Of a DNA stretch of 64,000 nucleotides, positions 36,598-47,717 are shown piece by piece; the first letter of the stretch is position 1; each line of letters begins with the position of its first letter. The notes below the pieces were generated by a model. The model made no database searches. It was not told the DNA's origin and worked only from the letters and a program-made list of their open reading frames with translations. The stretch lies in IMG/VR virus record IMGVR_UViG_3300008267_000039, positions 61-64,060 of that record; one strand, 5' to 3'. This stretch comes from a virus (taxonomy: Duplodnaviria > Caudoviricetes). Position numbers and translations under genes: made by a program.

Positions 36598-38435
36598 GGT
36601 ATTTCACTGGAAGTTGGTGTGACTGTTGGTGTCGGAGTTGTAGTCTCGGTTGGAGTATTCGTTAAGGTTGGAGTTGGCGTAGAAGTGCTTGACGGTGTGA
36701 CAGTTGGAGTTGGGGTAGGTGTCGGTGTTAATTCTTCTGTTGGTGTAACAGTTGACGTGATTGTCGGTGTTGGAGTTGGCGTAGAAGTGCTTGACGGTGT
36801 GACAGTTGGAGTTAAAGTATTTGTCGGAGTTATGCTTGGGGTTGGTGTGGGGGTGGAATCCGGTGTCGGTGTTGGGGTTTGAGATGGAGGAGGTGTTGGG
36901 CTTGGTGCTATTCCAGTCTTAAAATAACTTCCAACTTTTTTATAAAGACCAAACTCATTAGAAGATTCATCACAGTACCAATCGACCACTACTCCTTCAT
37001 CTAACAATAATTCTTTTTTATCTTCTTCTATTGGGAAGCCATTTAAATCAAATGATCCATCCCAAATGAAATTTTTATCTCCTTTCCAAAATGTGACATT
37101 ATCCGTTACTTTTGCTATTCCTTCGGTTGATACTTTTGTATTTTGTTGTCTGCTTTGATAACCATAAAAAAGTTGATTGTAATTATTACTCAATACATCA
37201 TTGAACCTATAACCATTTGAAATTTTTGTTCTATTCCATTCAACATCTATCAAATAAACGAGTGGTACATTTTCATTTTCTTGACCAGATGTGTAAATTG
37301 TATTTCCAATTTTATTTGGATCTGGGAAAATATAAATTTTATCTCTATCAATTTTAGAAGAATCAATTTGATATGCTTTCTTTGGTGTATTATAAATTAG
37401 AATTCCTTGGTTTTGAGGAACAAAAAATCCACCAACTTCATATATGCTATAAATGTTTTCCAACGATTCCGTTAAAATTGTTGTTGCAAAATGTTTGTTT
37501 AAATATTGCCCATCAAATGAATTGGAATCAAAAAGCAAACCGGAAACACTTTTGTTTTCCGAATTTGTGGAAAGATAATAAAAATTTGTTCCAATAAACT
37601 TTGGATAAAGTGATTTGAAAATATTTATTTTTAAACTATCCTGACCATTTTGAATGTAATCGATAAAATCTCTTGATTTCAAATATTGTAGTTCAGTTCC
37701 ACTTAAAATTGGATTATATGTAAAATTAGAAATATATGAGGTTTCTGAATTTTTCAAATAAAATGGATAAGCTGATATCGCATCAACAATTGATTGTTTA
37801 ATGTTTATGAAAATATTTGGATCTATTTTATTTGTAAATGTATGTTCCGTATTTTCAGGATTATCGTAAAAAATATCCGAATCGGAGTATGTTTCAACTA
37901 TGGAAACGTCAAAGTTTGTATGAAAAGATGATAATTGTTTTCTATTTGTTCTTAAATTGTTATCAATATAGTCATAAACAAGTTTTTTAACAATAGTCTC
38001 AACACCGAAGTTACTACCCTTTAGATTGTATTTTATGAGGCTGTTTTTTACTTCTTTTCTCTTGTCACTATAATACAGGGAAATTTGTTTTAATTTTTGA
38101 ATGAAAAAAGGAATAATGATATCCAAATCGGAGTCGTCATTGAAGTCGGCATTTAATATAAACCTTTTCTCTTCTTCTGTGGAAAAATTCAAAGTGATTT
38201 CCCGCATCAAATTCACATAGGCATCTCTGACAATGGCATTTTCTTCTGATTTTTTAAGATTCTTTTTACTTGCCCAAGTGTTTACGTATTGTTGATATGA
38301 TTTAAGTTGTTCATTCACATCAATATTGGAAAAATTCTGATATTGCATGAATGCAAGAAAAGAATACGGTGAATCCCAATCCTTTGGATTTTGGGAATCG
38401 TTTACAATACTGTATGGTAGAAATGAAAACACCAT
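36594..38435 (-). CDS. Baseplate-associated protein with C-terminal PT-rich tail
   Basis: 613 aa; IIIPFF..KLK motif; PT repeats without terminal modules. Confidence 0.7.
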   Translation of the reverse strand: MVFSFLPYSIVNDSQNPKDWDSPYSFLAFMQYQNFSNIDVNEQLKSYQQYVNTWASKKNLKKSEENAIVRDAYVNLMREITLNFSTEEEKRFILNADFNDDSDLDIIIPFFIQKLKQISLYYSDKRKEVKNSLIKYNLKGSNFGVETIVKKLVYDYIDNNLRTNRKQLSSFHTNFDVSIVETYSDSDIFYDNPENTEHTFTNKIDPNIFINIKQSIVDAISAYPFYLKNSETSYISNFTYNPILSGTELQYLKSRDFIDYIQNGQDSLKINIFKSLYPKFIGTNFYYLSTNSENKSVSGLLFDSNSFDGQYLNKHFATTILTESLENIYSIYEVGGFFVPQNQGILIYNTPKKAYQIDSSKIDRDKIYIFPDPNKIGNTIYTSGQENENVPLVYLIDVEWNRTKISNGYRFNDVLSNNYNQLFYGYQSRQQNTKVSTEGIAKVTDNVTFWKGDKNFIWDGSFDLNGFPIEEDKKELLLDEGVVVDWYCDESSNEFGLYKKVGSYFKTGIAPSPTPPPSQTPTPTPDSTPTPTPSITPTNTLTPTVTPSSTSTPTPTPTITSTVTPTEELTPTPTPTPTVTPSSTSTPTPTLTNTPTETTTPTPTVTPTSSEIP

Positions 38436-38486
38436 GTTCGTTCAACTATTTAACATAATGTGAGAGAAATCCTATAGGTTTTTAGC

Positions 38487-41400
38487 CTATGGGACGCAAG
38501 TTGCTTTTTCGCTGTCACCAATCAACTTCAACCCTTTATAAAATCCATAAGAGATGATCTTGTCCATAAATCCACCAAATTTCGACCAATCGTTGAAAGA
38601 AGATTGGGATGGTGCGATAGTTGTGAAATCCGAATCGAAATTAATGATATTGTCTTTTAGTTCCAATGTTTTATTTGGAACGTGTTCATAAAATTTATAA
38701 TATTGTGATATTTCAGATCCCGATTGTTCTCTTGTTCCTGTTACAAGATTCCACCCCCAATTATAATTAACACCTGATAATGGAACGCTATCCCCATAAT
38801 TGTAACTATCTACAACTGTATTCGTAATAAGTTGATATTTTTCAGAAAACAATTCATAAGTCACAATAGGTTGCCCTGCGATAAAATATCCATTGTTTAT
38901 ATCAATTTCTCTTCCAAGATTGTTATTCTCTAGGTAAGTATAGGCCGACAATGCAAAGTTTCTGTTATATGAATTCGGTGTCCCAAAGAGTCTTTTGTGG
39001 CAAATCGAAAGAAGATCAATCGCCCTTCTAATGGAAGGAGGATATGAATATAGATATTCATTTAAATCCGTTCCAGTTTCATCCGCAAAAGAAATAAGTT
39101 GTTGGATATTGCACGTTTCTATATCGGAATTATTTGCAACAAAATTTGAAATTTTTTCATATATAACTTTACCAATTTCTTCGATATTTTCATTTTTACC
39201 CAAAATTTGACCGATAAAATCATCAAGTAAAACCTTTCTATCAAACAATGATTCTTGGAGAATATATGATTTAATTTGGGTCAGATAATCGAATTCTTCT
39301 CCATATTTTATAACTGTCGGAGATGGATTTAGAATATCAAAATAAGTACTGAGTCCTGTTATAATTCTTGGTTCAGGAATTTCAGTTTTTATGAATTTAT
39401 TGATCCATCTAAATCCGGTCCAATCTCCCAGAACAGCATAAACAGCTTGCATGTTTTGAATTGGCCTGAGACTTAAATCTCTTAATTTTTCAGAAGGAAG
39501 TCCGGAAAGCGGAAGTGAGAGATTGTTGGTATCGGCAAAATAAAGAAGACCGTCCACATTGTTGACAACCCAAAGCTCACCAGAGGAGTCCACGGCTATT
39601 CCTCCGATATCTTTTATATAATAGTTTTGATCACCTAAAGATCCAAATATATAATCACTTTTTACTTTTGTAACAGAGTTTATTTTAGAAATGGTGTTTG
39701 TTTTATGGAGAACATATACATTCTGATTGGAATCAATGCTCATCGTTCCAAGTCCCTGAATTCCTCTTATTGTTGTTTTATCAAAAGTAATCCCATCTAT
39801 GAAATAAACCAAATCATCCCTTTCGGAATTAATTGAAGAGGATTGATTTATGTTTTCAATTCCAACCCAAATATTTTTATTTGCATCGATTATGATTTCT
39901 TGAGGAACTTCTAGTGAATTAAAATATATCGCATTTTCAAATGTCCCATCGTTTTTGAATTTACAAATGAAATTGGATAGAGGATGCGTGTATGCAATAT
40001 AAACATTGTTATCGAAATCCACGTCAATACAGCTTGGTATTATTGTATTTTCTCCAGCGAATCCTTGATAATTTAAATAATCGTTTGAATCGTAAATCTC
40101 CAAATTTTCAAAAGGTGGACGATAGAGGACACTGACAATATCTGTTCCATAATTTATTTTCATTGCGGAGGTTGCGTCCGCCAAACTGACATATGCATTT
40201 CCGTTTTTATCGGTTGCACACCATACAGGAGAAGACATTCCGTAATCGTTTAAGAACGAATGTGGAACAGGGGCCAATGTTAGGTCTGGTTGATATTGCA
40301 TCGACGATAATGCCATTGTTGATACAATGTTTCCATCCACATCTGTCTTGAAAATTCTTTCGTTGTCCGCATCCAATATAAAAACTCTGTTTTCTTTATT
40401 ATTGTCTAGATATTTCAATGGAGAAAAGCATATATGCATATTCGCCGTTGAAGTTTCAGACAAAGTTGAAAGATTTGTATCGTAATAAAATTCAATATCG
40501 GAAGTTGCACAATGATCGAAAACATTAAGTTTTTCGTATCTCTTCACCTTTGGTAATCCAATTTGTGCTAGAAATCCATAAATTGTGAAATTTTTGGAGA
40601 TAGGTGTGTCTTGGATTTTTAGAGTCGCGGATATTGCAACTGTAGTGGATTCACATGGAAGTTTAACTGTTCCAGCGAAATATGGGGAATTATTATATTG
40701 TGGGACTTTATTGTTTTTTTCAAACAATGCATCAGTTAATTCAACTGGTGGTAAATCGGTGTTTATATATTTCACCAATTTGAGATTTACATCATTTAAA
40801 TTGTTGTTGAATGTTCCGCTGTGAAAATTATAAATCGGATCATATGTTTTCACAGTATAGTTTTCCGAATCTTTGAATGTAAGGACAAATGGAATTTTTG
40901 TTTTTGTCCATTTTATCGGATACACGTCAAATGGATAAAGAATTTGACCGGAAAGGCTTCCAATTGTGGAGTTGGTTCCTTCCACGGATATTCCGTTACT
41001 TGTAATTCGTAAATTATCTGCGGAATTGAAAATGGATTTCAATACTTGACCAGACCAAGGGAGATTGAAATAACCTTGATCTAATTTCTTAAAAATGTTT
41101 TGAAGATTGTTTCTTTCTATATCTTTATCATTAAAATTTTTAGAATCAAAAGATGCATAAATAATATCAACTTCATTTGAGGGATTTCCTGATGTTTTTT
41201 GATCTACGAAATAAACATAATCTATTCCGAAATTTGTACCACTTGATCCTACAAATGATGAGCCATCGACTTCTTTGTTATGGAAATTTAGTTTTATACT
41301 CCAATCCCCATCTATTGGGCCAGTTGTATATGGGACGGCATAAACAGAAACAGAATCGGTTTTTGTGCTTTCCACAAGTTTACTTTGGAGGTAATTATTA

Positions 41401-41978
41401 TCGTTTGTAAAAACATTTACAAATCCATGATAGGCTTTAAGGTGGCTATATTTGTTGGAATAATAAGAGGAAAGTCCCATGTAATCACTTTTGCTTCCAG
41501 ACACATACAGATTGATCGTATAATTGTTATCTTTTAAAAATTCTTCGTTTTGCCAAGAATTGTATCTTGTGACAATTATTTGATTGCTTGGTTTTCCGGA
41601 GGGAAGGAAATAAGAATTTCCGTCAGGATTGAGGGGGTGTAGATATACGTAATCTGGAAAAATATTCGATGCCGTTAAAGTTTCTTCCAAAGATATAATA
41701 TAAGATTCTCCGTTTTTATCAAAAATCGTTGCACTTACATTGTAAAGATCTGGAAACTTGTAAAAATGTTTAGCGGATGCTCCCGTGTATGTTGTACCAT
41801 CTCCGAAATCCCAAACTACAACATCATTTGAATAAAAGGATCTATTTGTGAAATTTCCACTCCAGCTTAGTGAAAAATAAAAACTAGTGGCATCAACGGT
41901 ATACGATTCAAAAGACTCCGGAGCCTTTATATCATCAAATACTTTGCAAATTATTTTTACATCCGATGCGGAGATCAT
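38487..41978 (-). CDS. Baseplate wedge-like protein with PKD domain and beta-propeller, in the gp7 position
   Basis: WDFGDG...HFY..P..Y.V PKD; GIAVDSSGELWV NHL-like repeats; follows gp6. Confidence 0.7.
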   Translation of the reverse strand: MISASDVKIICKVFDDIKAPESFESYTVDATSFYFSLSWSGNFTNRSFYSNDVVVWDFGDGTTYTGASAKHFYKFPDLYNVSATIFDKNGESYIISLEETLTASNIFPDYVYLHPLNPDGNSYFLPSGKPSNQIIVTRYNSWQNEEFLKDNNYTINLYVSGSKSDYMGLSSYYSNKYSHLKAYHGFVNVFTNDNNYLQSKLVESTKTDSVSVYAVPYTTGPIDGDWSIKLNFHNKEVDGSSFVGSSGTNFGIDYVYFVDQKTSGNPSNEVDIIYASFDSKNFNDKDIERNNLQNIFKKLDQGYFNLPWSGQVLKSIFNSADNLRITSNGISVEGTNSTIGSLSGQILYPFDVYPIKWTKTKIPFVLTFKDSENYTVKTYDPIYNFHSGTFNNNLNDVNLKLVKYINTDLPPVELTDALFEKNNKVPQYNNSPYFAGTVKLPCESTTVAISATLKIQDTPISKNFTIYGFLAQIGLPKVKRYEKLNVFDHCATSDIEFYYDTNLSTLSETSTANMHICFSPLKYLDNNKENRVFILDADNERIFKTDVDGNIVSTMALSSMQYQPDLTLAPVPHSFLNDYGMSSPVWCATDKNGNAYVSLADATSAMKINYGTDIVSVLYRPPFENLEIYDSNDYLNYQGFAGENTIIPSCIDVDFDNNVYIAYTHPLSNFICKFKNDGTFENAIYFNSLEVPQEIIIDANKNIWVGIENINQSSSINSERDDLVYFIDGITFDKTTIRGIQGLGTMSIDSNQNVYVLHKTNTISKINSVTKVKSDYIFGSLGDQNYYIKDIGGIAVDSSGELWVVNNVDGLLYFADTNNLSLPLSGLPSEKLRDLSLRPIQNMQAVYAVLGDWTGFRWINKFIKTEIPEPRIITGLSTYFDILNPSPTVIKYGEEFDYLTQIKSYILQESLFDRKVLLDDFIGQILGKNENIEEIGKVIYEKISNFVANNSDIETCNIQQLISFADETGTDLNEYLYSYPPSIRRAIDLLSICHKRLFGTPNSYNRNFALSAYTYLENNNLGREIDINNGYFIAGQPIVTYELFSEKYQLITNTVVDSYNYGDSVPLSGVNYNWGWNLVTGTREQSGSEISQYYKFYEHVPNKTLELKDNIINFDSDFTTIAPSQSSFNDWSKFGGFMDKIISYGFYKGLKLIGDSEKATCVP

Positions 41979-41979
41979 A

Positions 41980-43812
41980 TTATTCTATGACAATGTTTCC
42001 TTTCAAAACATCATAATTACCATAATAAGGTGCCTTGAAAAAAGGAAGAATGAGTGATTGATTGATAATTTGAATATCTTCCTCTGGTGCGGAATAAACG
42101 GGATTGAAAACCATCAAGCTTAATCCATTCACATTGATCTTTTGACCATTTACGGTTCTTTCCGTAGAAAAGGATTCTATTCCGTTTATACCGAGCAAAC
42201 CAGTGTTTAATGTATCAATTTGAATTGTTTTTCCAAGACTTTGATTGTCAAAGAAATTTTTAAAAACATTGACTATATTTTCAACTATCGAATTGTTGCT
42301 GATAAATGATTGGTTTCTTTTTTTGATAATTAGTTTTGTTTCAGATATAATCTCCGGATAAAGTCTTGTATTGTTTATTTCATCGGATGATGCAATGCCG
42401 ATTCCAACTTCAATGTAGACCGGATCTTGAAAAACAATTTCTGACGTGAGAATCTTCAAGGGATTCAATGCATCTTTTATTCTATTTTTCAAACCAACAC
42501 TCAAGAATTTATTGAAATTGGCGGTTTCATTTTGAGGAATCTTAGGAATACAATAGCAATTCACATTGTTAAAATTACATGAATTTGAGAAATTGACTTG
42601 ATTGAACAAGATGCGGCTATCCAAGTTTGGCTCGGATAATCCGATCTCGTTCAAATATTGCAAATGACCAGATACATAGTCATTGTTGTTGACGACTTTA
42701 ACATCTTGAATCAAATTTGAAAAATTGTTTTTAATGTAATTTTCAAAATCTGTCGAATTTATAAGTCGATATTGAGTTTTGTAAGTATTTCTTGCATTGT
42801 TTTTAATGCTTTTAGAATCTTCTTGATATGTAAATTTGGAAGAAGGGAGAGAATTTGTGAAATTCAATTGAGCAGCTTCGCTTAAATTCAATATTTTTAT
42901 TCCTGTCGGCCTGATTTGATTCATTATATCGGAATAAAGTTCCGTATCATAGGTGAACAATCTAGATCCGTTCAGTACATTTGGCCCAGCTTCACCATTA
43001 GGCCCATCGCTTTTTAGATAAAAAACAGAAACAAAATCACCTTGGCTTAGTTTTTTTCCAGTAACACCGTTTCCAAATTTAATCGTATATCTTTGGTTTT
43101 CATTCAATCGTAATTCATAGGATTCCGAAAGAGGGTTTTCCAAATATAAACTATTCACGTTCTCGTATTGTTTCCAGAGATTGTTTCCGGATTTTACATA
43201 AACATGAACGTGGTTATGGTCGATCAAGTCATTGTTCCCGTCTATATCAGTGGAAACGATATTAAATTCCTCAAATTCTTCACCTGTAGCAAGATATATC
43301 GGATATTGAACAAATGAACCTTGATAAAGCAATGCGGATTCATTTAGGTCATTCAATACTTCAATTCCGCTTGTTGATTTGGAGAATGTAATGTCTTCTG
43401 TGAATGAATAATTAACATCATTTATTGCAAAATATGCATATCTTGGAATTGTGTAAATTCCTTGGGATAAAACATCGCTTGCAACAGCTGAGAATGAAAC
43501 AACGGATGTTTGGATACCAATCGGATTATAGTTGAGAACTTTAACAATTCTATTCACATTCTCATAAAGTTGGGCATTTGTGAAGGATGCTTCATTTGCT
43601 GTCCTGTTCAAATAAAATAGAAGAACATGGTAGCTGTATGCGATGACATCTAGTAAGCTATTGAAGTTGGAGCCTTCAAATATTTGATCGGTGAAAACTC
43701 CACCATCAATTAACCTTTGTTGCATCAGGGTTTTAAGCGAAGTAGCATCAAATGCCGCATAGCTATTGAATGATAAAGGAAAATTTTGATTTGTTATTTC
43801 GTTGTCAGCCAT
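41980..43812 (-). CDS. gp6: Baseplate wedge subunit
   Basis: FEGSNFNSLLDVIAY...EASFTNAQL..NV...LNYNP; IKFGNGVTGKKL. Confidence 0.9.
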   Translation of the reverse strand: MADNEITNQNFPLSFNSYAAFDATSLKTLMQQRLIDGGVFTDQIFEGSNFNSLLDVIAYSYHVLLFYLNRTANEASFTNAQLYENVNRIVKVLNYNPIGIQTSVVSFSAVASDVLSQGIYTIPRYAYFAINDVNYSFTEDITFSKSTSGIEVLNDLNESALLYQGSFVQYPIYLATGEEFEEFNIVSTDIDGNNDLIDHNHVHVYVKSGNNLWKQYENVNSLYLENPLSESYELRLNENQRYTIKFGNGVTGKKLSQGDFVSVFYLKSDGPNGEAGPNVLNGSRLFTYDTELYSDIMNQIRPTGIKILNLSEAAQLNFTNSLPSSKFTYQEDSKSIKNNARNTYKTQYRLINSTDFENYIKNNFSNLIQDVKVVNNNDYVSGHLQYLNEIGLSEPNLDSRILFNQVNFSNSCNFNNVNCYCIPKIPQNETANFNKFLSVGLKNRIKDALNPLKILTSEIVFQDPVYIEVGIGIASSDEINNTRLYPEIISETKLIIKKRNQSFISNNSIVENIVNVFKNFFDNQSLGKTIQIDTLNTGLLGINGIESFSTERTVNGQKINVNGLSLMVFNPVYSAPEEDIQIINQSLILPFFKAPYYGNYDVLKGNIVIE

Positions 43813-43813
43813 A

Positions 43814-44287
43814 TTAGTTAAAATAGTATCCAGATTCAGCCAAAGTTCCCTTTACCTGCAATCCTTTAATATTTAATGAGGGAACCGATAAAAACAGGTC
43901 TATTGTGTATTGTTGATTATCATAATCCGTTGTTATGTTTATATTGTCCACGGTCACTCTCGGTTCAAACTTTGTAATTCCTTTAATAATTGTATCTCCA
44001 AGCATTCTCGCATTTTCTGCGGTAATTCCTGTAAAAAGATAATATAGAAGATTTAAACCAAATATGGGATTAAGAATTTTTTGGCCAGGTATCGTAGTGA
44101 AAATATTAAAAATACTGTTTTTTATTGCCGCCACATCGTAATCGACAACAATATCTCTTTGCTCCTTGAAATTATTTAAAGGGTTTGTTTTCGTGTAATC
44201 TATCGTCAAATCCACCTCTAGATCTTTATATGTATAATCCCTTTCTTTTGGGAACTTGTTGAGTTCTGTGATTACAATGGATGCCAT
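43814..44287 (-). CDS. gp25: Baseplate wedge / sheath initiator
   Basis: AIKNSIFNIFTTIPGQKILNPIFG...FEPRV. Confidence 0.9.
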   Translation of the reverse strand: MASIVITELNKFPKERDYTYKDLEVDLTIDYTKTNPLNNFKEQRDIVVDYDVAAIKNSIFNIFTTIPGQKILNPIFGLNLLYYLFTGITAENARMLGDTIIKGITKFEPRVTVDNINITTDYDNQQYTIDLFLSVPSLNIKGLQVKGTLAESGYYFN

Positions 44288-44345
44288 AGAAATATTTATG
44301 GAAAAATATCGAAATCGTCAACGCTAAATATAAATAATTGTAATC

Positions 44346-44963
44346 ATGGGTAAATTCACAAAATTATACGAGTCCGCAATTCAACGTTTCACCAGAGGTG
44401 GATTGCTTGTTGGTGATTTGGTAAAAATCAAAGAAGGAGCATATGGTGATGATTTCTTTAAGAAACAAAGTGGAAATTATGTTGAAAAGCTGAAAAGTTT
44501 CGCCAATAGCGGACTTAATATCAGAGTTTCCAGCATTAAGACCGTGCGCCCCTCCTACCAGCCTGGTAACGTCTACAACGAGGGCGGTGAGTTTATCGTG
44601 GATATTGTGCTAGAGAAGGCACCGGGTCTCTATTATGACTTCATCACCGTTCCAATGCACATCTTGGAACACATCGACACTGGTGTAAATCTTGCACCAG
44701 TTCCAGATGCCCTCCGTTACGATGACAGATCATCAACAGATGTAAATGAACTTGGTTTGGCTAAAAAGGGTGCAGAAACCATTCTAGATCCATATCGTCA
44801 AACCAGAACCGCTGATTTTGGAGACGGTAAAGATACAAAAACACGCACAGAACTTGGAATGGACAATATCAAAATCCCATCTAAGCCTTCTGAAGACGCT
44901 AAAAGCCCCTCAGTTTATTCTCCGCAAAAGGACTATACCAAGAATTATCTTCCTAAAAAGTAA
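44346..44963 (+). CDS. Late hypothetical protein
   Basis: TATAAATA at 44329-44336; MGKFTKLYESA N-terminus. Confidence 0.75.
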   Translation: MGKFTKLYESAIQRFTRGGLLVGDLVKIKEGAYGDDFFKKQSGNYVEKLKSFANSGLNIRVSSIKTVRPSYQPGNVYNEGGEFIVDIVLEKAPGLYYDFITVPMHILEHIDTGVNLAPVPDALRYDDRSSTDVNELGLAKKGAETILDPYRQTRTADFGDGKDTKTRTELGMDNIKIPSKPSEDAKSPSVYSPQKDYTKNYLPKK

Positions 44964-44964
44964 T

Positions 44965-45903
44965 TTAGTTTTCTAAAATTCCACCAAGGGCTAGAATCAA
45001 ACAATAAAAGTTGATCTCTTGGTCAACGACAAATGCGGATTTGTACATGTATTCTCCAATTGCAACAAGCCACATTTTTTTCTTTGCTTCGGTAAATGTA
45101 TTGTTCGTTTGAGTATCGCAGACGACATCGAATAAACCTTTCATTAATAGAGAATAATCGCCTTTAAAATCCGTTTCATTCTCAATGATATATTTGCGGA
45201 TTTCTATTTCCCTTTTCTTAAAAAGAAGTTCTAAAATCCTATCAACGAAATTATCAACCTTGGAAATATCTGGAATCGTTAAAATGCCATTGATGCAATA
45301 TTTCTGAACCTCATTGATTGTTTTCCTGATGTCGGGATAATGTTTCTTGATCGTATGTCCCAATTTTATTCTATTGGAATCGTCCAGTTTAATGCTCTGG
45401 CTCTTTAGTATAAAGCCAATTCTTTTAACAATTAAATTAATGGGAGCGGAAAGTTGAATCGTTTGACATCTGGATTGTAGAGGAACAATGACATTATGAA
45501 TGTAGTTGGAGGTTAAGATATATCTACAATATGCTGCATTTTCCTCCATTGTATTTCTCAAGCCTCTTTGTGCTGCGGGTGAGGCTGAGTCAATTTCATC
45601 TAAAAATACAATCTTCTTTTTACCATTGAAACTTTTAGTTTTACTGAAATTTGTGATCGTGTTTCTGACTTCATCAATTCCAACTTCTGCACAATTTAAA
45701 AACAAGTCCTCTGCATCCAGTGCGGTAATTAGAATTTTACCAGTAGTTGTTTTTCCTGTTCCAGCGTTTCCATAAAATAAAAGATTTGGAATTTCATCAT
45801 TCTTGATAAAATTCTCAATAATGTTTTTATCACTTTCACACAATACCAAATCTTCAATATGTTTAGGTCTATATTTTTCAGACCACAATCCGTTTACATC
45901 CAT
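44965..45903 (-). CDS. gp44: Clamp loader AAA+ subunit
   Basis: WSEKYRP, GNAGTGKTT, LDEID, LQSRC, DQEIN. Confidence 0.93.
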   Translation of the reverse strand: MDVNGLWSEKYRPKHIEDLVLCESDKNIIENFIKNDEIPNLLFYGNAGTGKTTTGKILITALDAEDLFLNCAEVGIDEVRNTITNFSKTKSFNGKKKIVFLDEIDSASPAAQRGLRNTMEENAAYCRYILTSNYIHNVIVPLQSRCQTIQLSAPINLIVKRIGFILKSQSIKLDDSNRIKLGHTIKKHYPDIRKTINEVQKYCINGILTIPDISKVDNFVDRILELLFKKREIEIRKYIIENETDFKGDYSLLMKGLFDVVCDTQTNNTFTEAKKKMWLVAIGEYMYKSAFVVDQEINFYCLILALGGILEN

Positions 45904-45906
45904 AAA

Positions 45907-46365
45907 TTATTTTCCCGTTGAACCGAAACCATTTGACCCCCTTTGAGTTGGAACTGTTTTTCCCCACTCGACTCCGAAGTTTGTGATAGAATATTTTACA
46001 AGAATCTGTGCCGCTCTTTCTCCCGCCTTGATGGTATAATTTTCATTTGAGAAGTTGAATAACAAAATCCCAAGCTCACCTCGAAACCCAGCATCTACTA
46101 TACCGGAAAAACAGAAAATACCATGTTTAAATGCCAATCCTGAACGAGATTCAACTTTGATCCAATATCCTTCATCCAAAAATGCCAGTTTCAATCCAAC
46201 TTTTACAACTGCTGAACCTTTTGCTTCAATTGTTTGATCTTCTACTGCAAACAAGTCCCAACCCTCGTCATTTGGGTGTGCTTTTTTTGGAAGCTGGGCA
46301 TTGGGATGAATCTTTTCAAATACCATTTTTGGTTGACGCATTTCTTCTAGGATTGATTTTGTCAT
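45907..46365 (-). CDS. dut: Trimeric dUTPase
   Basis: GWDL, RSGLA, GIVDAGFRGE, RAAQ, RGSNGFGSTG. Confidence 0.95.
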   Translation of the reverse strand: MTKSILEEMRQPKMVFEKIHPNAQLPKKAHPNDEGWDLFAVEDQTIEAKGSAVVKVGLKLAFLDEGYWIKVESRSGLAFKHGIFCFSGIVDAGFRGELGILLFNFSNENYTIKAGERAAQILVKYSITNFGVEWGKTVPTQRGSNGFGSTGK

Positions 46366-46371
46366 GCTGGA

Positions 46372-46408
46372 ATGATAGCATGGCTTTTCCGCCTGTCAAA
46401 TCTAAATA
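46372..46408. promoter_or_regulatory. Back-to-back sigma70 (minus) and late (plus) promoters
   Basis: Minus: TTGACA-N16-TATCAT, 6 nt before the dut ATG; plus: CTAAATA at 46402-46408. Confidence 0.65.
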
Positions 46409-46417
46409 ATCAAACGC

Positions 46418-46924
46418 ATGAGTAATCAACTAACGCCCTTATCTGGATTCTTGGGTTCCAATGATTTAACTGATAAATTGAAACAAACCGTTGGAGTAAT
46501 CAGTACAAAAGCGAAAGAAAACAAAATAAATCACAGTGAGGATTTGGAGGATTTTATTTTAAGAAATTCCAAGGAATTGGTTGAAGTCGGTATTGATGCG
46601 ATTCACGAAATCAAAGAAACCGTAATGCTCAATCCTCAATCTGATGAAGTTGAATCTTTGGCAGAGATTTTCAAGGGCGTATCCACTGCAATGAATATTT
46701 TAAAAGATATTCAAATCACCAAAATGAAGATCAATACGACCAAGGAAATAAAGGAAATGGATATTCAAAGCAAGAAGCAACAATTGGAAGAAATTTCTGA
46801 TACTCCAACCGGAATGAGAATGACAAGGGATGAAATCTTTAAGCTCCTAAAAGACAACGGTGATATCGTGGATGCGGAGATTATCACTCCTGCATCTTCG
46901 GGAGGAAAGGATTCCCCGCAATAG
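46418..46924 (+). CDS. Probable terminase small subunit (gp16-like)
   Basis: Helical pattern ELVEVGIDAI...EVESLAEIFK resembles T4 gp16; late promoter. Confidence 0.55.
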   Translation: MSNQLTPLSGFLGSNDLTDKLKQTVGVISTKAKENKINHSEDLEDFILRNSKELVEVGIDAIHEIKETVMLNPQSDEVESLAEIFKGVSTAMNILKDIQITKMKINTTKEIKEMDIQSKKQQLEEISDTPTGMRMTRDEIFKLLKDNGDIVDAEIITPASSGGKDSPQ

Positions 46925-47717
46925 GTTGCTTCACAGTTGGACCATAAAGACTGGAATTTACAACCGTGTCTCCTACTTTTGTGGGGATTTTAATACTTGG
47001 AGCACCAGTCTGAACATTGTTCGTTGCTGGTTTGAATCTAAAGTTATCCATGACGTATTTTGCATTGTCACCCATCAGCTTTTGAATCTTGCTCATGTAT
47101 TCTGTTGCAATTTTTCCCATTCTTTTTGGAAACTCATAATCACCAACAAGAGGTTGACCATGTGATGCTGTCGGTGCAGCTACTTTTGGAATAACAGGTC
47201 CAATTGATCTGTCCTTGCATATTCTAATTCTTGCCATTTTTGAGGCATACAATGCTAGATCGGCACTATTCACGTTTTTCGGCAATGTTCCCATGTTGCA
47301 AGGGACTTTTTGATTCAATGTTCCAACTGGTGGAAGACTGTTTGGCGTGAACCAATTTAAGGAGTTAACAACCCCATTCATGCAATCAAATGCATAGTTT
47401 TTATCCAATGATTTCAGCGGACCTTGTTCAAGAACCAGTGCTTTTGCTTCAGGAGAAAGCCGATTCTTGTAAAATTTCTTAAACCAATCTTGAAATGGGG
47501 TTGGAAGTGAAGGCAATTGACCGTCCAACTTTCTAAAGAAATTTGCAATATTTTGATTTCTTCTTGTGATGTTGGAAGTCATCGTAGTTTTAAGTTCTAT
47601 GATGAGATTCAAAGTCTCTTCCCCAACGCTTTCGAATTGTTTATAAAATTCGGGAGAAACCGTTTTGGTTAAAGGGTCGATTGCCTGATAAAGTATATTT
47701 CCGTCAATTGAGTTCAT
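46884..47717 (-). CDS. Hypothetical protein in the baseplate hub operon
   Basis: ATGA overlap with the hub gene. Confidence 0.65.
   Translation of the reverse strand: MNSIDGNILYQAIDPLTKTVSPEFYKQFESVGEETLNLIIELKTTMTSNITRRNQNIANFFRKLDGQLPSLPTPFQDWFKKFYKNRLSPEAKALVLEQGPLKSLDKNYAFDCMNGVVNSLNWFTPNSLPPVGTLNQKVPCNMGTLPKNVNSADLALYASKMARIRICKDRSIGPVIPKVAAPTASHGQPLVGDYEFPKRMGKIATEYMSKIQKLMGDNAKYVMDNFRFKPATNNVQTGAPSIKIPTKVGDTVVNSSLYGPTVKQPIAGNPFLPKMQE

Noticed and set aside
36585-36610. Programmed frameshift fusing 36594-38435 to 36058-36597
   Set aside because: No slippery heptamer, and the downstream frame has a stop two codons before its ATG; an ordinary ATGA overlap explains it.
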